Positions 1 through 13,118 of a DNA stretch of 64,000 nt are shown here, in pieces. The first letter of the stretch is position 1. Every line of letters starts with the position of its first letter. The notes beneath the pieces were generated by a model. The model did not search any database. It had not been told where the DNA came from and saw only the letters and a list, made by a program, of their open reading frames with translations. The stretch comes from Guillardia theta CCMP2712. Taxonomy: Eukaryota; Protista; Cryptophyta. A program made the position numbers and the translations under genes. Location of the stretch: NCBI RefSeq assembly GCF_000315625.1, contig NW_005434670.1:815638-879637 (forward strand). The letters are read 5' to 3'.

Positions 1-1255
1 TGTTTGGCTCGTAATCGAAGATGAGGTCCTTCATGAGGAGAGCGAGCCCGTTGCGCTTGAGGTTCCCGCTGCGCTTGTCAGAATACTTGTCCAGCAGCGG
101 CATGATGGTATCCTTCAACCTTGTGTACACCATCCATGTGTTTGTCAGCTGCTCATGGAACTTTTCTTCATCAATTGGCTCATCTTCCCCTCCAGTTCGG
201 AACGCGCCCACCTCATGCTGAGTGAGGTCGTAGATTGACCTGATCTCTTCATCAGGGATGCCAGAGAGGTCATAATCGCCACGACTAAGAGCCAACTCAA
301 GAGCTTTCATCTGCCTTTCAGCGTCATCCAAAATATCAGAATCAATTCTCTGGTCACTCTGCACAGCCCCTGATGTTGTTTCTGATTTCTGCCTCATGGT
401 TGGGCTTCCTTGAACATGATTGGGACTGAACAAGCCTTGTGGGATAGAGGAAATTTTTTCATCTGACTGTAGTGTTTTGATTGCATACGTGATTATTGCC
501 CTATCTGTGATGGCAAGGAAGCTGCATTGCCTCATAAACTCTTGTAACAGATGTGCTGCATTCTCAGCAGACGAATGCTCAGCTGCGATGAGGTCTCGAG
601 ATTCCAGGATGTAGCTTGCCTCTTCCCAGCTCATTCCCACACCATCCAATGGACAAGTTTCATGGACAAGCTCGGGAAAGAAGACTGAAGTGGGCGTGTT
701 CTCAGAACTCGAAAATTCAGAGCTATTCTGATGTCTCAGTTTAGCTGAGATGCTGGAGTAAGAGGGAGTGATATCACAGTTTCCTGCGCTCTCCATGCTC
801 AGTCGTCTAAGTCGCAGATCTGAATCGGATCTGATGACATTCATGTTCAACATGGGGAGATTTTTGCAAGAATCGCGTTTCAGCACTTGGCTCGGTTGTG
901 ACACGTTGGATTCCAGCAACTTGGTCAGCCTAGACAAATTCTTCCTCTGCTCTTGGATGATTTGCTCTGCACCCTTGATCGCATTCAACATGCTGTTGTC
1001 GCCATCTTTGCCTGAGTCCAGGTTTGTCGAGATCCTTCTCTCACGATTCTCTATGTTACTCTGTCCAGCCTCAATGCCTTCTGAATGTGAACGAGCGTTG
1101 CTGCAGGCAATCATACTTGACATGTCTTGACCCGCGCATCCCTCTTGGTCAGGTCTCGAGCCCTGTATCCTTGCTCCCTGTGCCTCCTCCTGTTCCTCAG
1201 CGTTCCTCCTCTCACCCCCCAGGAGCACATGACGCTCCAGCCCTGCCATGGTCAT
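1..1255 (-). CDS. Hypothetical protein, partial; runs off the left edge, possible EF-hand-like region; upstream exons possibly to ~1950
   Basis: Long open minus-strand frame (MTMAGLERHV...IMPLLDKYSDKRSGNLKRNGLALLMKDLIFDYEPN). It is absent from the ORF track, consistent with no stop inside the window; I checked only parts of it. The + ORFs here look like antisense shadows. Confidence 0.55.
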   Translation of the reverse strand, partial: MTMAGLERHVLLGGERRNAEEQEEAQGARIQGSRPDQEGCAGQDMSSMIACSNARSHSEGIEAGQSNIENRERRISTNLDSGKDGDNSMLNAIKGAEQIIQEQRKNLSRLTKLLESNVSQPSQVLKRDSCKNLPMLNMNVIRSDSDLRLRRLSMESAGNCDITPSYSSISAKLRHQNSSEFSSSENTPTSVFFPELVHETCPLDGVGMSWEEASYILESRDLIAAEHSSAENAAHLLQEFMRQCSFLAITDRAIITYAIKTLQSDEKISSIPQGLFSPNHVQGSPTMRQKSETTSGAVQSDQRIDSDILDDAERQMKALELALSRGDYDLSGIPDEEIRSIYDLTQHEVGAFRTGGEDEPIDEEKFHEQLTNTWMVYTRLKDTIMPLLDKYSDKRSGNLKRNGLALLMKDLIFDYEPN

Positions 1256-2090
1256 CGCAACCTTATCCAGGTGCCGTGGCCCTCATCCCCGCGCAATCTA
1301 GTAGGCCCCAGGCCCCCTCCAGGCTCCCTCACCAGGCTCCGGAAATAGCATGGGGGGCATTATGGAGGCGGTACCAGCGATCCTCCTATGGTGAGTGAAG
1401 TTGATGGGGGATCGACGAGAGCGTTGGACGAAGAAGATGAGAAGTGGACAGAGAAATTATCCTCTCGAATGATGCAAGTTGAGAGTGTCCGCTAACTTTT
1501 GTCTTTAGCATCCTTGTTGCTGTTGACGCTGGTTCGCCGATGAAATCATCTCAAGCCCTGCTTTCATCGCTGGATCACATGCCTGACATATACAGGTAAA
1601 GTGTTTGGTGTTGCATACCCTTGCTTGTTTCATCAGAGTAGCACGGACTGACATTTCTCTTGGCATCCCTCAGGCCAGGAGACCCTGTGAAAGAAGAAGT
1701 TTTTCGCGACAATTTTCTGCATGTGGATGGAACAATCAATGAGAAAGTTCTTTTGCTACTGCAAAAGTATGTTGCAAATGCGTCATTCTCAGAACTATCA
1801 TATTGATTTTTGCTTCAGATATGTCCCCATCAGCTCTGGTGCACTTCCAGCAAGCGCTGGATTCTTGATATTCATCTGCTTTGTGATTGGAATTGTGTAT
1901 TCGTGGATGCACAAGAATCGATGCTGGGAAGTACGGGTATGTTTTCCTCTTGGAAGCCGCAATGTTTGAAAGCATTCTGTTTAGGACACCGAATACACAA
2001 GACATGTATGTGAAACAAGGAGGCTGAGGAGTATACAAAAGTACGAAGAAAACCAAGTCTGAATGTCAGAACACTCTATTTATTACATGA

Positions 2091-5000
2091 TCATGCTATA
2101 GTAAAACTTTCATACAACTCATTCTCACAGAACTTGAATGCTTTGATCTGCGAATCTGAGGTCAGGAAGACGTTGAAGGAATGATTTACCTCACCAGAAA
2201 CGTTTGATTGTGCCGCTGTGAGAAGAATTCAAGGTCGACGAGAACTCCTGGACTTTCATCTACCAGAGTCCTCACTGAATGAATTGAATTGCGTCCAATC
2301 TCAACAGAATTGACAGACAGCAAGATGTCTCCTGGTTGAACCAGCCTGGTCTCGTCGTTGAGAGCAGTCCAGTCATGCACTTCGTCTTCACTGTATCTGA
2401 CAGATTTGACTCGGAACGGGGAGTCCTTGGATATGAAGAGCTCTGGGTTCATCAGTTTCATCTTTTCGACTCCTGCACCACCATCAAGGTGATCAAGGAG
2501 AGACCTCCACATGCTGAACACCATATCAACCATGTCGTTCTTGTTGTTTCGTCTGAACAGATCGTCAAGTTTGTCTGTGAGGACTCGCTTTGCCCTCAAC
2601 ATTATCATCTTTCCTATCTGACTTTCGCGCTTTCTGAACTTCATCAGGTTTCTCAACAGTTTGCTCTGAATCTGTTTATCTTGATTCTTACTTTCCTCCA
2701 GTTCAATAATGGTTTGCTGGTAATTGTGCTGCATTATACTCATACGCTCCCTGAGATCTGACAGACTCTCTGCTTTGCTGCTGACATTTGCGACCTCAAT
2801 CATCTGCTGATCCCCTTGTTCCTGGAATGAAATCTGCTCAAATCTCTCTGACACGTCATCGTCTCCAGAACCTCTCTGCGACATCAAGTCAGGCTCGAGA
2901 GTGACGTCTTGAGGAGATATCTGAGCCAGCAACGCGTCCTTGTCCTGCACAGCAGCTGAAGGACTAGGCTGATTCAGCTCCTTCCCCACCAGCTCTTTAG
3001 ATTTGTAGATCTGCAACTGATAAAGGAGATAGTTGGAGATTTCTTTCTGTTTGACGTATTTGTTTTTGAGCACGTGATATTCGATCTTTGATTCAATGAG
3101 ATCATTTTGCAGGCAGGCTGAATTTGCTCGAGCGTGCTTGTCTTTTGGGGACTTTAGCTTCAGCATGTCGGCGCTATCCAACTTGTTGAAGAAGGCGTTC
3201 AGTCGCGAGGAGATCTCCATGCACTCGAGACTAGCGGCCTCGGCCTCTGCAAGCATGTTCTGAACAAGTTGCCTCCAGTAGTTGTTGGGCCTCCAAGAGA
3301 CCTGCGGCCCTGAGGTGACTTTTCTTTGCAGCAGCTCTGAATGGGCGTGAGCTTCCCTGAGTCTCAGCATCAGCTCGCGGTTCGAAGTCTCGATGTAGTC
3401 GCACCGCCTTGACAGCTCCTGTATGAGGTTGTGTCGATCTTTCAGCTTCTGCTGCAGATGAATGTTTTCTTCCCTAGAGTTATTCAGCTCGTCTTTGGAG
3501 TTCTGTACAAACGACCTGCACATCAAGTCAGCTCTCAAGGAAGGCTGACCTTGAGCGTCTGATACCTCACGAGAGCGATGAAGGTCTTGACCTTGATCAA
3601 AGTCGACGACACTTTCTTCTTCGCGTGATCGAGCTCAATCAGAGAGCTCTCTCTCTTCTCACCTCCGTTCGTCTTTCTCTGTACAGTGATGCTCTTCACT
3701 CTGGAGGTGTAGAACCCGTGCTTCAAAGGAGAGTCTGCCAGGTGGATTTGCCGCTCAAGTTCCTTGAGAATCTGATGTACATTCCTTCCATCCCGACAGA
3801 ACTGAGGAAAGACTTGAACCTCGATGCAAGGGTCTTCATCCTCAAGAAAGCGAGCCTTCACCCCTTCCCTCCTCCCATTCAGAGCTCTTGCGATGTCAAC
3901 AACGATGCTGTCTAGCAAGAAGGTTGCATCCCGTCTCCAATCTTTCTTGTCGAGGTACAGCTTTGCGGTGATCAGCTGAGATTCTGCTGATCCTTCTTCC
4001 GAGACCTCAACGACGTCAAAACTTCTGTCAAAGAAGGACAGAGCGTTGACAATCTCCGTATCGAATGACTCGATGATATCTTTGCACTCTTGCAGTGTAG
4101 CAGCGATCAGAGTTTTGCTGTCATCTGCTGGCTCGATTGCAGTGTGCATCTCCGTGTATTCCAGAACATTCTGTGCAGATGGTTAGTCACTTGAACATTC
4201 TACAGCATGTTTCACCTCAAAGGATGGGGATTTGCGCTCGATAGAAGAATAGAAGGAATTCATGCTTGAATCCTCGACAGCCGTCACAGGCTCAATGTTC
4301 TCATGCATGTCATGCAGACACGCTTCTTCCTTCTCTGGCCTCGTCCGTTCATCTCTACAATTGTTGATACCTGGCAGCATACGTTCTGACTGGCTCAAAA
4401 CTTTGCTGACTGACCCAACGAGGGCCTCAAACGCCTTCATATGCTCCTGCCTCAAACAATCAGGACAAGCTGTGATGAAGAAACCCATCATAGTGTCGAT
4501 GGAGGAGAAGAGCCCGGCTGCATGGTTTGTTCTTTCATGGGATGAGTTGAAGAATTGATCTCTCGTTGACTTCAGATCATTCCAAAGCTTTTCTTTTGCT
4601 CTGAGATCCCGATCTGCAAGAGTCGTAGACCAGATGTCGAACGATTGAGACATCGCTTGCCTTCTTGCCTGTGCTCGTGATCTTTCAAGCTTCCTTCTAA
4701 GTTCTCTTTTTCTTTTTGCGAACCTCGACATGTAGCTGTGAAACACTTTCAACGTCCGTTTGCGGAGCATGATGACCACTCGAAAGGAACGTTTGAGAAA
4801 TTTGATTCGCCCCAACCAGAAGAGAAAGTTTTGCTGCAACATTTTTGGGTGTGGCTTTTTGGATACGACATGCAGGTGACGTGTTTGCACAATCTTCCAT
4901 ACTTTGAAAACCATCACCATTAACTTCTTCGTGTAATTTTGCGCTGCTGTCAACGATAATCTCTTGAAGAAACAAAAATCAAGAAGATGGTCGAATGCAT

Positions 5001-5973
5001 TCCTAAGAATTCTTGGGGCAAATTTCAACTGCAGAGACAAATGCAGGTATATGACTTGATCAATGTATCGCCGCCAGGACGCAAGAAGTTCTTTACACAA
5101 ACGACGATTTTGGAATCTTAGCATGTAAGAACTCCACAAGTCCTGTCTGTAACAAACAAAGCTATCATCTTTCCAGGCAATGTAAGCACGGCTCAGTCGC
5201 GTTCTTTCAAATCTCTTGATGAACCAATTGATTTGATCAGTCGAGACATCACCTTCAATCGCACGAGACCAAGAGCTCATCATGGTTCTTAAGCGTTTTA
5301 GGCGAACATTGCAGAATTTCATGATCAATCTCTGTCTTTGCTGTCTCAACGTCTTCCACCCATTGAAGGCAATTTGTGTCTGTTTCGTCGCAGTTGTGAG
5401 GCTAGTCATAGAGGCTGTATTCAAGTTTGCCGCTGGATAGCAATTGTAGACTCTTTCAAGTGACAGGCAGCTTATTAGAAGTTTTTGATTCAGGTAGGAT
5501 GAATGGGTTTGTTTTCTTTTCATCACACTCAGCTTGTACCAGGACAATGACCGCATCTTGAGCAAAGTTTCATATCTCAGCAGGATACGGGTACCGACGC
5601 TGACAACATGAGCTTGCTTTCTCGTCTCGTCTATCCAGAGGTAAAGCAAACTCATCTGTAATCTTTTTGACCTTTTTCGCTCAAAGTGCATTGTACGCAG
5701 TCGAAGTCGTCCTTTCTCTATTGTGAGTTGACGCCAAGCAGTGAAAGATCGAGGCAGGAAAGAGAAGGAATCTCGTCTGAGTGGACCTTCCGCGCGTTTT
5801 CCTGCCGCTTCATCACCTTCACCTGACCTGGGCTGCTGCGCTTTCGCAGGGTCGTTACACGTCATGGAGAGCAAGATCTCAAGATTTCTTTTCTTGACAT
5901 CCTCCAACTCTCTGTTGGTGCTCTGAGATCCCATCAGCCTCCTGCTGCTTGTTTCTCCGTTCATGGGTCGCAT
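2091..5973 (-). CDS. Large coiled-coil protein with Sfi1-like (F/L-x-x-W) repeats and a C-terminal PDZ domain; 4 exons
   Basis: ORFs 4183-6000, 3535-4149 and 2186-3538 join in frame through short GT-AG introns (~4215-4171, ~3564-3516). Repeated FTAWRQ/FNGWKT/YIAWKD/LASWRR/FKVWKI/FDIWST motifs; PDZ motif VQPGDILLSVNSVEI...VLVDLEF. Confidence 0.7.
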
Positions 5974-6352
5974 GGTTCTGCTGCGTTTCGATAGAGCCAA
6001 TTTTCGAGGATCTCAATACTTGTTGGAGTGCTTGATCGTCATGCTATGTCAGCTCATGTCGGCCAGCACGAGCTTGAACGTCTGCTTCCTCCTCTTGACC
6101 TCCCTGCTTCCCTCTCTCTCTCTCGCTCGCTGCCCTCTGCCATCGCTCCCCATCTCCCTCCCTACTGCATTTTATGTACTCTATATGGACCTACAGGGTT
6201 ATCATAATTTTCGCTGCGCGATGGCAAGGGTGGGGAGCTCCGTTACTGAAGAGAGCATGACGAGAGCGCATGGGAGCAACGAAGCATCAGATACAAGGGC
6301 AGTCACATTCGCAGTCTGTGTATTGTGAACGATCACAATATGAATAGGTCTT

Positions 6353-7306
6353 TCATGACGGGAAAACAGGCTTCGCTCCGAAAGCGCTTCTAAGAGCATT
6401 CTCGTACTTGGCCTCGCTTTGAAGGGACGCCTGAGGGAGAAGAGTCAAGCACAACAAGGAGGTTGAGCAATAAAGAATGTTCGTGAGAGCTTACATCACT
6501 AGAGAATCCTTCGCCCTTCCTCAAAGTGTCATATGATCCTCTGCCATCATACCAGGTCAGCACAGAAATCACAAGCAATGCTCAGCGGCTATCATCACCC
6601 AGAGTTCACAATGATGTCATCCAGCTTCCGCAGTTCACGCTCCCATCTACGCATGGAGAGTTAGAAAATGCACAAGACACAAGTTAGCCGACGAGAAAAC
6701 GAGCGAGCGAGAGACAACGAAGGGAAGGGGGGGGGAGAGAAAGAGAGAGAACACAGACTTCGCGTGCTTCAAACGGTGCAACGATGATTTCTTCAGAGAA
6801 GCTACGCGCTTCTGCTTCATCTCTGCTTCCTTTGCAGCTTCCATCTTCTTGTTGAGAATAGCCAGTATGAAATCAATCCGCTTGGCAAACTTTCCACCCA
6901 TTGCTTTGAGACGTGTGATGGCATTCGGATCCTTTTCCATTTCAGTCTTCAAGGCTTTTTCTTGTTTTGACAACCAAACCCTCCTCGCTTTGAGCTGCTG
7001 CGCCATCTTAAGATCTATCCCGTGCTTCCCGACCTCGCTTGTATCCCACGTCTCGATTGGTGTCGAGATGTGTATCACGGACGAACGTCCTTTCAATCCC
7101 CTTTGAAACGCCTGCTCGAACATCTCCTCAATCGAATCTTCCTTAGAACGCACAGAGCTCGATGTTCGCGTCTTCGTTGCTGGTACAGGATGGTCTAGGA
7201 GCGCGTCTTGGTTGGGCGGCTGATTCGAGGAGAGGAGAAGGAGAACGTACAACAAAGAGATGAGAGTGCACGCAATGAAGCCGCTCCTCTTTGATCTATT
7301 CCACAT
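6353..7306 (-). CDS. Hypothetical protein with N-terminal signal anchor; multi-exon
   Basis: ORF 6647-7360 has the hydrophobic segment FIACTLISLLYVLLLLS. Downstream exons appear to end in ...ALRSAFGAKPVFPS*. Confidence 0.5.
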
Positions 7307-7962
7307 GGTACAGTGTAGGGGAAAAAGAAGATTATCCGACGAGCACCAAGACGCCTTCACACCTGCTGTCTTACGATCGAGTTTCGCACGTCAATCAGAA
7401 CATCACTTTCAACTTCTCATGCAGCTCTGTACCCTCGCTCTCTGTGCTCACCGTTGCCCTTGCTCTTGTCCTCTCGACGCTCTTCCCATGTGTTGATCTC
7501 TCTCGCTCGCTCCTTGTTTCCTGCCCTCCCACTGCCCTCTTCACAAACCCGCAACTTCGCTCCAGGAAATCTGCATCGAAGTGGCGCGTCTGCCCGTTGC
7601 AATTGTAACGGATATTATAAGTGGCAGACCTGCCCCGGTGTCACCAGCAGGCTGGGCTGAAACAGTGAGCGGCCGGGGGCCCGGGCGGGCGGCCTGACTG
7701 AGTGAGGCATTACTCGAAGAACGCGGCGAGGCGAGAATAACTGCCCTATGCTTATCAGTGTCGTGAGTGCCATGATCAATCTCAGTTTGATGTTTCTTTT
7801 CTTCAAATAAATACATTTACACCTCAAGACCTCGTGAAACTTCCCATCCTCTGGCCTTCTGAGCGAGAGAAGTCATCACTTTTCTTCCTGACCTCTCACT
7901 TGCAACCTCCCACTCCCTGATGCATGTTGCACCCCACTACGAGACTTGATCTAAAGAATATG

Positions 7963-9387
7963 TTACCGTAGACGAATTCGAGAGTCGAACTCCATTTCCC
8001 TCAGTGCCTCGTAGTTCTTGGGGTCGTTCTCGTCGAGCTCGAGCTACAGAATCAGTGAGATGTCAGATGTCAGAAAACATCCTCACCTCTGGGCCAAGAA
8101 GCTCAGTCTTCAACCACATCACGATCTGTGGTATCACTGCACATAACAAGTCAGTGCTGTAGATGAGCAGAACTCCGTGAAGAAAGAGTCAAAAAGATCG
8201 ACAATCTCACCGTATAAGACAAGGCATATTGAAGCCATACCAAACATCATCAAAATTGCACTTAATATGGCAGAAAAGAAAGTGTAGTGACGACAATGTG
8301 GCAAATTGTTGCAAGGATTATCGTCGGAATTCCTGTCTGCCCAATATGAATTCATCTGCTTGGCATTCCTGAGTTGCTTCCATGCTGCTTTTGTGCTGAC
8401 TCCTCTGGCCCTCATCTCCTCGATGTCCTTTTCAATCTTCCCAACAGACGCTGCACTCGCATGGTCCAAGCTCAAAGTACAAACCCCCGGAGAGATGATT
8501 CCACATCTGCTTCGTTGCCCCCCTACCTTCACTTCAGGATTTTGCAACGTGAGCTTCGATCCTGCAACTGTTGTACAACGAACAGTGGAATTGTCGATCC
8601 AAGTAGTCTTTCCACATGCCTGGCCGTTTATCTGGGCTTCCGGCTTAGTGTCCCAGTTCCCAACCCCCCACACTCGAATGTTGAGATCCATTGGCCCGTA
8701 GATCGGTTCTCCAACAATGAAGGGCTCAACGTCGAAGACAAAAGGAGCCGAATACCGGAACATCTGCTTTCCAACTGCAACTGCAGGAATAAATGCAGGC
8801 TCACTCACGGTGACGGTCACATCTAGATCCTTCCCAACCCCTGCAGGGGTCCTCACAACGAGAGTTCTCTCGTCTACCCACTGAGTAGATTCTGCAACGG
8901 TGTTGCCTATCCGGACAGACACGTCTGCGTCAAAGTCTCCCAAATTTTTGCCATAGATAGTAAGAGGATCTCCGCCCGAAGCTCGCATGATAGATGACGA
9001 CGACTTGACGGATATCACCCTGGGCTTTCTGTAATTTGGCAAACTCTTTCTCAGGGACACTGCGAGCTGCTCTTTGCCTTGTTTTGCAGAATGCAATCCA
9101 GAGATAGACCTTACAGCTTTCTTGAATGCTTCTTTGGACACGGTCATAGATTCATAGTTTGCATGACCATCCCTGACAAGATCTGCAACCATGGTATACA
9201 AAAATATTGACCCCAGGGTCAGAATTACACCCAGATTAACGTATGAGAGGTGTTTTCGTTCCCTTGATCGAGACCATACCAAACGACTCGAAAGTGGTCT
9301 AGGAGAGAAATCATCACTCGTTGATGCCGTTGTCTCATCTACGTCCAACGCCGATCTAGCATGTGCCGAATGGCCTGAGTCCGTCAT
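7963..9387 (-). CDS. IPT/TIG-domain membrane protein with two TM segments
   Basis: ORF 8134-9426: PRVISV...SGGDPLTIYGKNLG...VRIG...LVVRTPAGVGKDLDVTVTV (IPT/TIG), plus a second degenerate repeat. N- and C-terminal hydrophobic helices; two short 3' exons end in ...DSRIRLR*. Confidence 0.75.
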
Positions 9388-10043
9388 GTTCGTTCGTTCC
9401 AGCTGATGCAAGATGGGAGCTTGCAAGTCTCAGTTCGCTAATCCTGTCAAGACTTCTCGATCTTGATCATGTAACTGAAGCTCAAACACTTAGTTGCGAG
9501 AGACCTCGACGGAAAAGCTCTGGACAGGACCAGAGGAGAGGAGGTCCCTTCTTCTCGCGCTTCAGCCCGCCGTCCTCCTCCTTCAGTGAAGTGAAGGCAG
9601 ACTGAACTCAACAAGAGCGAGCTTGAAGTGACAAGGAAGTGTCCACACGCGGAGAGGAGGCTGATATCTCAGGCTCTCTTCGCCTCCTCCCTGCTCCCCG
9701 CCATGCGGAGTTCTCGCTCTATTTCGGGTTGGTGTTGAGTAAAAAAGCATCATTCTAGAAATGTTTTAGAGACGAGTCCGCCTCATGCTTATTTAGAAAG
9801 TTTAATGGGGGCACTTTCATATATCACCGTACATGCCAATGCTGCCTCTGATGGAACTAATGGTTTAACCCCACCCCCTCGAATACTGAAGAGAGAGGGA
9901 AAAAGGAGGGGTGAGACTAGTGGAAAATGTTTACTCAAGTCTCAAGCGAAGGGGCAACTGCAGGTCCTCTCAGGGAAGAACTCAGGGTGGGTACCAGTGA
10001 CTTCTAGGGGTGATTTTAGGATGTAAGACGGGGGTGGGGTGGT

Positions 10044-12844
10044 ATTGGCAGAAATAGCGTTTCATGATGCTGTCGAGCCTTTTCGGAGCCAACATGTTCA
10101 TCAGGGGAGACGCGGAACTGAGGTGAAGAGATCGACGAATGCTTGCACGAACATTGCTGAAGATAATGCGGTCCTGTAGAAATCTTGCCTGTAGATCTGC
10201 GTTTCGTTGTTGGAGGTTGTTGGTTGGTTTAGAATCTCGCAAGTTGATGTTCCGCACCTGTCAGATGTCATACAATGGGATGGGTTTGAAGATGGAAATT
10301 GCAAAGTGGTGGTTCGAGTGTTTAATTTGTGTTGATTTTTAAGTTCCTGTTTCGTCTGAACGATTCTTGAAGCAAGTATACGTTTATCGGAATGAGATGA
10401 TTATAAGTTTCCCGACAAATTGACGACAAAAGTGATATTTGGGCATTCATTCATGCCCACACGATGCTGATGGATTACGTTTCTCACAAACCAATCATGT
10501 GCTTTTACATGAGCTTGTGTCCTCTGTGTGCATGATACCCCATGTTGTGTACTTCACTGCGATGAGATTATGTCAATACTTTTTTTCATTCTCTTACGTA
10601 ATCAACAGTCATGAGAGGCACAAACTCGGAATGAAGGACAGCATCTTCAAGCCATGGTCAGGCCCACCGCGTACTTCTCATCAGGAGGTTGAAAATTTTG
10701 ATTGCTGTGGGCTGGGCACATATCTTTGTTGACATGACTGGATTTCTGTAGCATGATGCTAGGATGCGCGTCATCGATTCGAGCAACGGCATTGATTCCA
10801 TTCTCAAGCGTGCAATGGGTGCTTGTTCTCACCTTCCAGAATTCCCTCGTAATTTGTTTCCAGGAAATCGTTCATCCCTATTCAAGAGAACTTAAAATAT
10901 GTGGCACTACGCGATGACTCATATGCTATGAAATGTGTTTTTCTCCCATCTTGTTACTTTGTTATGTTCATCTGTTCCAACCAACTTTATCGTTTCTTGC
11001 CCTGTTGAGTGATACGTATTGAGGTAGACGTTATTCTTTAACATAGTTCAGCTTTGTTTCATCCCAAGTAAAGTGTAATTCTTTCTTCATCTTTTAACAT
11101 TGATTCCAAGAAGATTTAAGCGACAACTATGAACATGCGCTAATGCTTTCAAAAAACTTTTGAGCTTTGGAAGTTGACAGCTCGTTTCTCAGTCTTTCTA
11201 ACATGGGATGAGATGAAACAGGTTCTTCTTGGTAAGATAGCTCATCCGTATCATCTTCAACGATTTCATCTAGTCCAATCTTCTTGGCTATTTCGATGTT
11301 CTGCGCACGTTTCCACTTCATCAGGTGTGGAAGGAGCCTTCGAGGAACCGAGCGCTCTGAATCAAAGATGTCCAAAGGCACTGAGAGCAAGTCTGCAAAA
11401 ATTGCCCGGAATTCAATTTCAAGCTCGATGTTTGCCGGAGAATCTCTATCAGATAGATCATTGAAAAGTTCTAAAACGAAGTTGGCGAAGTCATTAATGC
11501 GGTGATTGTCATCGTCGTTTTCCAACATATGCCGGAATTTTGCTTTCAACTCTGTCTGCTGGCTACTATTTGTTTGAACATAGAGTTTTGACAAAGACCG
11601 ACAGAGCTTCTCTTTGGAGACCGTCTTGAGATTGTTGCGTCTTCTTTCTGCTAATTTGTGTTCCATCGTCAGCATATTTTCCAGCTGTTCTTCACTCTTA
11701 AACAGTGCGCCCTGGTTCACAGGAATGTTTGTTGTGTCCGGTTTCTTGTCCCTCTCGGTCTGCCTGTAAGCATAGATCTGCTTGAATTGATCGAATGTGA
11801 TTCTTGAGCTTTGGTTCTCCTTCTGGAACCTGCAGCATCCTGACGTGAGAACCCTGTTGGTAGCATGGGCTAAAATATGCATAGGGGAGGAGCACGATGG
11901 GCATAGGGCGATCGGAGAAAGTCATCGTGGAGGAAAACAAAGGTGGGGGGGTAGGCGATAGAATGCAGGCGACCATGAAGATCGACACAAACCTTTCAAA
12001 TAATCTTCGTGCCTCGTGCAGTTCTCCATCAGATAAAGACTGTGCGGGTTCAGCCAGCCGCAGTCGTCAAAGAAAAATTCTCCCACCTTGCTCATACTTG
12101 TATCGAATATCCGGTGGCTAGTGATTCGGTTAGCGTCCTCTTTACTTTGATGTGCGCGATGTTCATCTGCACGATCCTGAGCGCTGTTGCCTCGGAATAC
12201 TTCCACACGTATGACGGAATGTTGGTCCTCGTTCCTAAGGACATCCAACTGTGCGCACGAGCCTTCCTCACCAAGTATCAACTGTGACAACTCGATATCA
12301 GGATGATAAAAGACAAAGAGATGCAGCTATCATTATCCTACATTCGTCATCTCCTTCATACTCAACTCCGAGATCTTCACTCCATCGATTGCAATCACTA
12401 TGTCCCCACGGCGAACTCTGTCAAGGAAATCACACTCGTCACTGGTCGACCCATCTAAAACTATTCGGGATCCTTACTTTCCGTCCACAGAAGCATCAAA
12501 CCCTTCGAGCACTGTAGACATATGTAGTGAGTACGAATGCTTCACGAGTCCCCCTTCCCCTTCCCCATCCCCCACCCTGCTCGGCAAGCCACATCTCCTC
12601 CCCCCTTGTCCTCCTCCTGCCTTCAACGCCCAAGACAACACAAGATGAACGACCTTCTTCGACCCTCAGGCCTTCACCTCCTCCTGTCCGCTGCGATGCG
12701 AACCTGATTCCCAAGCTCCTCCTCGCCATTCCTTCAACCCCAACGACTTTGAATTTAGTCAATATCGGGCCCGCCTTAGCATCGGATGGCTGACTGTGAG
12801 GCAGTCGGAGATGAGGGTGAGGTTGACTGACAAGATGTCTGATA
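10044..12844 (-). pseudogene. Degraded coding-like segment, possibly a transposon relic
   Basis: Chain of minus-strand ORF fragments (11922-12290, 11127-11882, 10647-10832, 9982-10257) broken by stops and frame changes; more AT-rich than neighbouring genes. Confidence 0.35.
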
Positions 12845-12871
12845 GGGGGTGGGGTGGTCACTAGAGATGTT

Positions 12872-12928
12872 GGGCAATTAAAGTTTTGAGTGGGAAAAAG
12901 ATTTTCAGCAAAAATTCTAAGGTAGGTT
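12872..12928 (+). repeat. Left TIR of the MULE
   Basis: GGGCAATTAAAGTTTTGAGTGGGAAAAAGATTTTCAGCA... is the reverse complement of 16601-16657. Confidence 0.92.
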
Positions 12929-13118
12929 TAGGGGTTTTCTAAAGATCAAGGGTAGGTGAATCAACAAAAATCAAAGATTTCGGGCGATTGCTGACAGGTC
13001 ACGATACTTTAAAATTTTCATAATTACTTATACATTACATACTATGTGCTTTATAATAAGTTGCACAAAACGCTACCAAACGTTTCGATTTTACATTTAG
13101 TTGTACCCAGCGCGGGAA

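Noticed and set aside
5960-6030. IEILENWLYRNAAEP in an alternative minus frame, resembling a TALE homeodomain helix
   Set aside because: Bounded by stops, with no WFxN helix; likely chance.
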